From: Opitutales bacterium
GTDB taxonomy: Bacteria; Verrucomicrobiota; Verrucomicrobiia; Opitutales; JABSRG01
NCBI GenBank assembly: GCA_049599475.1
Contig: JBMYOQ010000014.1
Location: forward strand, 1-64,000
Reading direction: 5' to 3'
Length of the DNA stretch: 64,000 bases
The notes below the pieces were generated by a model. The model worked only from the letters and a program-made list of their open reading frames with translations. It was not told where the DNA came from and ran no database searches. Shown piece after piece: positions 1 through 9,100 of this stretch (positions within the stretch are counted from its first letter, which is position 1; every line of letters begins with the position of its first letter). The translations under genes were made by a program, and so were the position numbers.

Positions 1-6
1 CAGGAT

Positions 7-139
7 GGCATCGGGATGCCTGACTGATGCTGGAACGCCGCAAACTTCGATTTTCCTACATCCGAAGGACAGACTCAGAGGGCTGATTGCGGCGTTCCCT
101 GAAATGGATTGGGTCTCGACCCAATCCATTTCAGGCGCC
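7..139. repeat. Cluster of inverted repeats (structured intergenic element, REP/MITE-like or terminator/ncRNA)
   Basis: GGAACGCCGCAA (32-43) pairs perfectly with TTGCGGCGTTCC (87-98); CCTGAAATGGATTGGGTC (98-115) pairs perfectly with GACCCAATCCATTTCAGG (118-135); small GGCATC/GATGCC hairpin at 7-20. Confidence 0.6.
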
Positions 140-241
140 TTGCACTAAGACTTCTGAATTCTGCCTATTTGATCAAGATTTTCGAGATTCGGTAAAAAAT
201 AATTCTAGCAGAGTCGTTCTTAATTTTCGTCCTGTTCTTGC

Positions 242-256
242 AATTGAGTCTCAATT
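242..256. promoter_or_regulatory. Candidate operator, perfect 7-1-7 palindrome upstream of the ABC transporter
   Basis: AATTGAG-T-CTCAATT, 19 nt upstream of the probable ATG at 276. Confidence 0.35.
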
Positions 257-275
257 TGATTTTGTCGCACTCTGT

Positions 276-1163
276 ATGTACTTTCGAATCTCACTCTTGC
301 TAACGTGTATGGCCTTTATTTTTGCAGGCTGTGCGCAGAAATCGGACGATGCCGCGGTGTCAAAGATCATCGTTGCGATGGAGCCCGATAAGGATCCTGA
401 CGCGATGCTGGAGGACCGTGCTGCGTTGGAAGGCTACTTGACGGGCGCGATTGAAAAGCCGGTTGAGGCGATGATTCCGATCAGCTCAGCAGTCATCTAT
501 GAGGGGCTCCGCAATGGCAGTATCGATGTCGCTTACCTGAGTGCAACGGCGGCGGCGCCGCTATTTGACGAGGGTGTGGTCGATATCTCAATCGCAGAGC
601 TTATTGACGGGAATCCCTACTACATGAGTTACTGGATTACTCTCAAAGAAAAGCCTTACCAGAGCATTGAGGACTTGCGTGGTAAGAAGATTGCCTACTC
701 GAGCCGCACCAGTACTTCGGGCTTCTTGATTCCGACCTGGGATCTCTACAAGCAGGAGTTGATTGATTTGGAAAACGGTCCGGAGGGCTTTTTTGGTGAA
801 GGCAACGTCTTTTACGGAGTGGGGTATGTGTCTGCTGCAGAGCGCGTGCTCGACGGGAGTGCGGAGGCGGCAGCGGTCAGCTACTACGTGTTGGATAAAG
901 ACAAGCACCTCAGTGCTGAGCAGCGTGGTAAGCTGCGTATGTTGGACAGCCAAGGGCCTGTGCCGAGCCATGTCGTCGTGATGCGGAAAGGCCTGAGCGA
1001 TGGCGATAAGGCTGCCCTTTCCGAGGCCCTTTTGGAGATGAATACGGAAGCCGTCGATTTGCGTGATCGTATTTTTGGTGCTGTGCTTGCACCGGTTGAA
1101 GGCGAGTCTCACCTCAGCACTACGCGCGAGGCCCTTGAGATAAGTCGGACGATGAAATTCTAG
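276..1163 (+). CDS. phnD: Phosphate/phosphite/phosphonate ABC transporter substrate-binding lipoprotein (PhnD family)
   Basis: Start moved to ATG 276, giving a lipoprotein signal MYFRISLLLTCMAFIFAGC; STSGFLIP motif typical of PhnD; first gene of an operon with ATPase and permease. Confidence 0.85.
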   Translation: MYFRISLLLTCMAFIFAGCAQKSDDAAVSKIIVAMEPDKDPDAMLEDRAALEGYLTGAIEKPVEAMIPISSAVIYEGLRNGSIDVAYLSATAAAPLFDEGVVDISIAELIDGNPYYMSYWITLKEKPYQSIEDLRGKKIAYSSRTSTSGFLIPTWDLYKQELIDLENGPEGFFGEGNVFYGVGYVSAAERVLDGSAEAAAVSYYVLDKDKHLSAEQRGKLRMLDSQGPVPSHVVVMRKGLSDGDKAALSEALLEMNTEAVDLRDRIFGAVLAPVEGESHLSTTREALEISRTMKF

Positions 1164-1170
1164 AGGGTCC

Positions 1171-1905
1171 ATGGTGACGTCTTCTGAACGGCCCGTTATC
1201 CAGGCACGAGGGCTTGGATTTCGGCGGGGCGAGCGATGGATTTTTCGCAATCTTGATCTCGATATCTACCCAGGCGAGTTTGTGGCCTTGGTAGGGCCTT
1301 CGGGTGTCGGGAAATCGACCTTGTTGGCCTGCCTCTGCGGGTATCTTAAGCCTGCTGAAGGCACGATCTCGGTGGAGATTGGAGCAGAACCTGCCGGCGA
1401 GCCTCAGGAGCTGCGGCGCCATTTTGGTGTTGTTTACCAAGAGCTGGAGCTTACACCTAATGCGGACCTGCTGACGAATGTGCTCTGTGGTCGACTGGGG
1501 CGCCTGAGCTGTCTGCGCACTTTGTTTGGTTTCCCGAAACACTATCGTAGCGAGGCTTATCACTTGCTCGAAGATCTGGGTGTCGGCGCCGATCCGACAA
1601 AATGGGCAGCCCAAATGTCGGGCGGCGAGAAGCAACGCGTCGCGATTGCGCGTGCTCTGTTCCAGGAGCCGGAAATTTACTTTGCGGATGAGCCCGTCTC
1701 GAGCCTCGATGCTTATTACGCTGGGCGAGTCCTGGGTCTCCTGCGTCAGGAGGCTGACCGGAAGCAACGGGCGGTGCTGTGTGTGTTGCACAATGCCGAG
1801 CATATTCAACGCTTCGCAGATATGACTGTGAGCCTCAATGTGAATGATCCGACGGCACATCGCATCCGCCGCATCCGGACCCCTCAACGGGAGGCGCAGT
1901 CATGA
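1171..1905 (+). CDS. phnC: Phosphonate-type ABC transporter ATP-binding protein
   Basis: Walker A GPSGVGKS, signature MSGGEKQRV, Walker B FADEP, NVLCGRLG motif of PhnC. Confidence 0.88.
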   Translation: MVTSSERPVIQARGLGFRRGERWIFRNLDLDIYPGEFVALVGPSGVGKSTLLACLCGYLKPAEGTISVEIGAEPAGEPQELRRHFGVVYQELELTPNADLLTNVLCGRLGRLSCLRTLFGFPKHYRSEAYHLLEDLGVGADPTKWAAQMSGGEKQRVAIARALFQEPEIYFADEPVSSLDAYYAGRVLGLLRQEADRKQRAVLCVLHNAEHIQRFADMTVSLNVNDPTAHRIRRIRTPQREAQS

Positions 1906-2747
1906 GTCCCGAAACGCAGTCTGAGGTGGCCCATCCTTACAAGCTGCCGGAGCGTCCTTGGTATGAGCGACTGAATGTGCTGAATATGACGCTCCTTATT
2001 TTCCTTCTAGGCGTGGTTTTTAGTGCGACGCAGATAGAAGGGAGCGAGCGAAATCTCGATGTTTTGGGAAACTTAGCGCGCTTCTTCAGTGAATTCTTCC
2101 CGCCAGATCTGTCAGTCGTTCCGCAGACGATTGGTGCTCTGGTAGAAACTGTGGAAATTGCGATATTAGCCACCTTCCTCGCCATCATCATATCCTTGAT
2201 TGTGGGTTTGGGGGCTGCCCAGACCATTGCCCCAGCCTGGGTCGTGGGGGCTATGCGCATGCTGTTAAACGTAATTCGCACGATACCCAGCCTCATATGG
2301 GCGGTTATCGCGGTGGCTGCTATGGGCGCGAATCCACTCGCGGGTGTCGCGGCACTGACGCTCTATAGTATTGGGTATCTCGGGAAATTTTTCAGCGAAG
2401 CCTTTGAGTCGGTTGATATGAAGATTGCTCGAGGCCTGCGTGGTATCGGCGCAGATCCTCTGCAAGCATTCCAATATGGCATATGGCCGCACGCAAAACC
2501 GTTGATTTGGAGCCACGGTATCTGGATGCTCGAGTATAACATCCGTTCTGCGAGTATTATTGGTTACGTAGGCGCCGGAGGCTTGGGCCTTCAGTTGCAC
2601 GCCTACCAAGAGTTCCATCAATGGGACCGCTTTGCTACAGTCCTGATATTCATTCTGGGAGCGGTTACCTTGCTCGACCTCTTGAGTGAACGTATCCGCC
2701 GACGAATCCTGAGACGCGGTCGCCCCAATCAGAGTCTCTCCGATTAG
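1902..2747 (+). CDS. phnE: Phosphonate-type ABC transporter permease
   Basis: RTIPSLIWA, GKFFSEAFE and EYNIRSASIIGYVGAGGLG motifs of PhnE; ATGA overlap with phnC. Confidence 0.9.
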   Translation: MSPETQSEVAHPYKLPERPWYERLNVLNMTLLIFLLGVVFSATQIEGSERNLDVLGNLARFFSEFFPPDLSVVPQTIGALVETVEIAILATFLAIIISLIVGLGAAQTIAPAWVVGAMRMLLNVIRTIPSLIWAVIAVAAMGANPLAGVAALTLYSIGYLGKFFSEAFESVDMKIARGLRGIGADPLQAFQYGIWPHAKPLIWSHGIWMLEYNIRSASIIGYVGAGGLGLQLHAYQEFHQWDRFATVLIFILGAVTLLDLLSERIRRRILRRGRPNQSLSD

Positions 2748-2851
2748 GTGCTTTTTAAAGGGCAGGGGACCTAGAAGGCTGGGATGTCTCTCAGGCGGCC
2801 TGCCTAGGGTCCAACAAAGGAATCTTATTAAGAGCTAGATCGCTGCGAAAG

Positions 2852-2936
2852 GTAGGGCTGCATCTCCGTGCCAGCCGCAGCGTTTAAGCCGGATCCCGAG
2901 CAGCAGAGGCGGCTGCGTGAGGACACGCAGCCCTAC
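2852..2936. repeat. GTAG-family REP doublet (REPIN-like)
   Basis: GTAGGGCTGC at 2852 and its reverse complement GCAGCCCTAC ending at 2936; the right unit read on the minus strand is GTAG-GGCTGCGTG-TCCT-CACGCAGCC, a perfect hairpin preceded by the GTAG tetranucleotide. Confidence 0.7.
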
Positions 2937-3199
2937 TTTATCGTCATGATTTTGATCCTGGTCTATCCTACAGGCACCACCATTATTAAGATAAGAGGGG
3001 GATATCTGTTACTTTGGACATAATGGATTCGCTTATGGGCGACAAAAAATATGTTCTGAGCGTCACGGGCGATTTTAGGCCTGTCTGCGATTGCTTTCGA
3101 TCAAGCACACCCTATGTATATGCGTAGTGGAGACGGTTTCCCCGACCACCCCCTGAGTTTTCTCGAGTCTCCAATTACCCTCTCAATCACCACCCCCAC

Positions 3200-6100
3200 A
3201 TGCGAAATATTCTCGTTCTGTTGCTCGCAGGTACCCTCTTACCTGCTCTGGCTTCGGCCCAAATCTCTGTGCGCTCGGATGATATCAATTCGGAGGCCAG
3301 CAAACAGTTTTTCTACCATTGGAATGGATTTGAAATCCAGTGGTTCGGAAAACAGATAAATCTAGTCGGTACGAACAACGATCCTGGCTTCCCGGCAAGC
3401 GGTGAAGCGTTCACCGAGCCCTACGCAGGAAATTCGTTCGCATACGAGATTACGGCGGTTCAAGACTGGAATACGACCGAAGCTCTGTCGAGAATTGGAG
3501 CGGACACATTTACGGCTTATCTCGATGACGATCTGACGCCCGCCCAGGTTAATCGTCATGGAGGAAACTATCCTGGTTTCGGGGTATCCAGTGATTTGGA
3601 CGCCGTGTCGACCAGTGCATATGACCGTAACGATAAACTAGATAATCCTGGGGAGGCTCTGATCATCAAATTTGACCTGTCGGGTGAAATGCTGATGGAC
3701 AATCCTGATGCTACCTTTGGTCCTGATGCGAACTATCGATTCGAGAACACTGGATTGAATGCTAGGGCAATTCTCACGCTGGAAAACCTCCTGATTGAGG
3801 AGTGGGGAGATAGTGGGACGCCTCGCATGGATATTATCCTCTACGATGCTAGCGAAGGTGACATCAACTACCAGGAGCTCGACTTAGACGTGCAGGCCCT
3901 GGGGCGGATTATAACGGGTTTTGGAGAGATTGAGGACAACGATATCCTGGTCCTCGCTTTCCCGGAGAGTTCAACGGTAGATACAGGGATTATTTCCAAT
4001 GAACTATGGGCGATGACCTTCGATCTCGATTTCGAGCCGGAACCTCCGGCGGACACGAGCGGCATTCCCACAGACATTGCATTGCTTCCGCAGCATCAAT
4101 ACCAAGACTTAGGTGATCCGAGCGACGATCGTGGCTTCATCAATATGTGGCGTGAGATTGGCGAGATTGCGACCTTTCGCACAGAGCCGGGTAACGACGC
4201 ACTACGCACCGTTGTAATGGACTTTCACCGTGGATACTTGCTATCTGAAATCCGCGGGACGCTCGAAGGAGGACGCCGTATTACTCACAGCATTAAGGGT
4301 GTTACGGATCCGATTCCGACAGAATCTGGTCTCGTGGAGGTCCACCGGCACGATCGCGGAATCGGGGCGATGCATACTGCTTATTCGTTGGTCCCTGATA
4401 TTCGGGTAAATCACCCAGGAGACGAGTATGTCGATATCAGCAATATGCTGGATATTAAGTTGGCGGGATCCAGTCAATCGGGAATTCCAGATGGGTATGT
4501 CAGTGCCCAGGGCTCTGCGCGAAGTGCATATTTGCCCCCATACCATTACCAATCTGCGGTGAGCGGGGGATATACCAATATCTATGACATACGCTGCGGA
4601 GAGGAACTTTCCAGTTTCAATGAACATGGTTTCGGAGGGATCGCAGTTCCCGTGGGCAATATTCTTCTGCTTGCGAAGATTCGTGCGGGTGAGCGCGCAA
4701 TTGCGAGTTACGATGTGAGTGATCCGAATAATCCAGTCCTTCTCGATGTCATGCGAGACCAGGACATGCGCTGGCGTCACCAAGAGGGCGGTGCCTATGA
4801 GCCTGCAGTTTACGGGCATTATTTTGTCATTCCTCTCTCATTACGTGGAGGCACTATTGGTTTTGTCGACTTCTCAGATCCGGGAAACTTGAGAATGCAC
4901 CACATTATCAGTGGGACAGAAGGTGCACAGCGCTACCTGCAGTTCCAAGACCATCGGATGTTTGCGGGGACTGAGGTGATCGACCTGACAAACCTGGACG
5001 GCGGTATTACACCCACGGAGCATTTCTTCCACAGCCATAAGGGCGAATACATGTTACCCTTGGGGAACTTGTTGATCTGCGCTGAGAACTCTGAACAGGG
5101 CCCGAGTAATCTGGGTGCTATCTTCGCCTTCCAAGAAGAGCCCGATGTTTACAGGCCTACCGTCGCTTATCACATACCTACAAAGGACGCCACGGGTCAG
5201 TCGGTCCATACCCGAATTGGTCTCATTGTTCACGACACCCTCGACCTCACGACGCTCACCAACGATACCCTCAAGTTGGTCGAAGCTGGTGATCCGGACG
5301 AGACGCCTATCAGCGGTACTATCACCTATAGTGATAAGGATATTATCACCTTCACGCCGGATGGTGAATTGAAGCCGGAAACCCAATACCGCGTCATCGC
5401 AGAGGGTTTCACGGATATCGTTGGCAATCCCATCCAGGGGCCTCTAGACATGGATGGTAACCCTACCGACCGCTTTAGTTTCGAGTTTACGACCGAGGGG
5501 CCGGGCACCTTGGGGTATCCAGAAATCGTGTCTGTTGGCGTCAACGATCCACAAAATCTCCTATCGGGTGAGACCGCTGAGTTTTTTGTAAATGCAACAC
5601 CAGATAATGGTGAGGACCCGAGCACACTCGAGTATCGATGGGATTTTGGAGACGGGCAGGGCACCGAATGGATCGCAGGATCTGATGGCACTACAGCGTT
5701 TCATACATACGACGATCCAGGGCAGTACCGTGTGAGTGTCCGGGTGCGTAGTCAAAATGCCCAGGATTTGAGCAGAATTGCCTCCCTTGAAATTTCGGTC
5801 ACGACAAAGCCTGTGGGCGAAGATGACTTCTTTCCTCGCTTTGAAGCAGAAGATGCCTTGGGGGATTCCAGTCATAGAATATTCGAATTCGATGCGGTTC
5901 CGGGTGTGTATGACATTGTCTTTAGAATCCGTGGAAATCGCGCAGATTTAGACCAGAAACAAGATGTTTACTTGAGCTATCAAAAGGAAACGGAAGATGG
6001 CACCAAGTACTTCACCTATTCTAAGCAGATTGGCGCATTGATTGTGGACAATGGTAATCGTCGTCGTGATTGGCGGGACTTTATTTTGCCGGGCTATTTC

Positions 6101-9100
6101 ACGGAGGCGACACGCTATCGTATAGAGGTGATCGATAATCCAAATTTCGAAGAGCGCCCCGCTTTGGACTATATGCAGATTCGGCGTGCGTCCGGCTCCA
6201 CGCTGACATACGAAGCGGAGGTCGCCGCAGATGCTGGCGGATCTGCCACCGCAATAAACGGAGTGCTTAGACAGAACGAGTATACTAGCGCATCCTCGTG
6301 GAATGCCCAGTGGATTAGCGGGCGCTATGACATGTCCTGGGTAGTCGACTTAGGCGCTCTTAGTGGCACGATGTCGGCGGAAATTGTCGGTCGTTCGAGA
6401 GTCGCGTCGTCAGTCGAGCGAATGCATTTGTATGTGAATGATGTATTTGTCCGTGAATTGTATAGCGACGATAATAGCTTCCAGAGCTATCCGTTTGATT
6501 TGAATTTGTTGCCCGGAGAAAACATCATCGAATTACGCCATGATGCTGAATTGAACTCATTGGTCGTAGATAAATTGAGTATCCAGGTCCCAGAGATTAT
6601 TTATGAAGCTCCAGAGAGTCTGCTTCCTATCAACAGCAGCCAGATCGTTCTGAAAGACAGTACGCGCCAGGTTATCTCAGTATTCCCGGACAATAATAAG
6701 ATAGCGGCTATCAATGCGGATACGCTTGCCGAGGAATGGGTGTTCTCTGTATCAGAAAATCCACGCAGTCTCGCGGTAGATGCAGATGGGCGCATTTGGG
6801 TAACTGCTCATAAAGCAGACACCATCGACATTATCGATCCTGACAATACCGCGAATAACGCTCATATCGATCTCCCCTATGGTGCCGCACCTCATGATAT
6901 TTTATTCAACAAGGAAGGCACGCTGGCCTATGTGTCACTCTACGGGACGGGAGAAGTTATCCAGATTGATGCTGCAAGTCGCCAAATTGTAGGGTCTGTG
7001 AATGTCGGAGAATATCCCAAAGCGTTGGCTTTAAATGGCGAAAACGACCAGCTCCTGGTCACTCGTTTTATCTCAGGTACCACCGTCGGTGAAATTTACG
7101 CAGTCGCGATCGACCCCGCTACCGCCGCCATGAGTCTGCGCACTGTCCAAACCTTGCAATTGGATACAACTAGTGATGATGGCGGTGTGCGAGGACGCGG
7201 ATTGCCTAACTACCTAGAGAGCATCGTCATCCATCCGCAGGACGATACCGCATATATCGCTTCTCAGAAGGTAAATATCGTAGCTGGGAAATTCAGAGAA
7301 GACTCTACAATTAATCACGACTCCACTGTGCGGAGCATACTCTCATTGGTAGACCTTTCTACAGATTCGGAGATATTTGAGAAACAGATTGATTTGAATA
7401 ATTCTTCCCAGCCAACTGCGATCACCTTCAATAAAGAGGGTAACCTGATGTTCGTAGCTATCCAGGGAAACAACGAGGTTGCGGTATTCAACACAGCTAC
7501 GCGCGTGCGCAATGCGGACCTGCCCACGGGTAATGCACCGCAAGGCCTCCTTCTCGATGAAGTGACGGACCGGCTCTTTGTGAAAAATTTCCTGGGCCGC
7601 TCAATTACGGTGCATGATATTTCCGCGGGTATCGAAGTCGGTGACTTCACTGACACCTTGGAAGATGAAATTTTTGTAATCGCCGAGGGAAACGATATTC
7701 TCGATGACGATGTCCTCGCTGGCAAAAAGATCTTCTTCGACGCATCGTCCGAAGATATGGGCTTAGAAAGCTATTTGTCCTGTGCTTCATGTCACCAACA
7801 TGGAGGCCACGACGGCGTGGTCTGGGATTTCACCCAGCGCGGCGAAGGCCTACGTAATACGATCCCGCTAACCGGACGCTCTGGAATGGAGCATGGTAAT
7901 GTTCACTGGTCAGGTAATTTTGATGAGATACAGGATTTTGTATTGGATATGGTGAAGCACCAAAGAGGCCTAGGATTTGTGGGAGGTGTTGAGAATACCC
8001 ACGAGCCGATGTCAACAACCTCGAATTCACCTGCAGATCCGCAGCACCCGCTCAACCTTCTTGCCGCTTATGTTGAATCGCTAGGTAAAGAGACTTTAAT
8101 GGCGAGCCCCTATCGTCAGGCCGACGGTGCTCTTACCCAAGAAGCCTTGAAGGGTAAACGCCTCTTCGAAGGTCAACTTACATTGGAATCGGGTAATACG
8201 TTGAGCTGTATGGAGTGTCACGTTCCCGATACTCAATACACTTCCAGCAGAGTCTTGAGGACCACGGGCCGAGGTGGCCAAATTCTTCGCAACGTAGGTA
8301 CCATCAAAGAAAGCTCCGGCCAGCGCCTCGAAGATGATCTGATAGGAATTGATGTGCCGACGCTCTGGGGCCTCCATGAAAGTGCCCCATATCTTCACGA
8401 CGGAAGTGCTGCGACGATTGAAGCGGTCTTTGATCAATACGTCGAAGGGGCTGCTGTGGGGTCCGATGGGGCCGCTCACAATTTAACGGATACTGGCTAC
8501 GATCTCACTGAAGAGGAATTTGAAAGCCTCGTTGCCTACCTATACCAAATCGATAGTAGAGATATTCCTGCTATGAATGCGCAGACCTGGGCCCATTCGT
8601 GGGGGCAAGATATCGGACTCGGCGGAGCGGATTTCGATGGAGACCTAATCAGCAATTTTGCCGAATATGCACTCGGTGGCGATCCGACTGTGAACGATGC
8701 GACAGCGATTTACGCCGAGATTGCCTTTGACGAGGGAAGTCCTTATTTCTCGTTTAACCGGCGCGGTAATGATGATGCGCTAAGTTATACCGTCGAGGAA
8801 TCGCCAGACCTTGAAGTGTGGGCTCCATACAGTACCATTAATCAAGATACTCTACCCACAGTGGAGATCTTTGAGGAAGTATTGGTGGGCATAGACGACT
8901 CGGTATCTGAGATGTTCTACCGCTTGAACATTAGCAGTGATGACCCCGGAGACGGCGGCATCACCCCAGATGTCGAACCATCGATCACTTCAAGCGCACT
9001 ACCAAACGGCCGACGTACCAGTGTCTACTCTGAACAGCTTGTCGCGGAAGGTGGCAATCCACCGCTTACCTGGAGCTTGGCTGATGGCGATCTGCCGCCG

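Noticed and set aside
87..275. N-terminal extension of the PhnD ORF from TTG 87
   Set aside because: Runs through inverted repeats; the lipoprotein signal begins at ATG 276.
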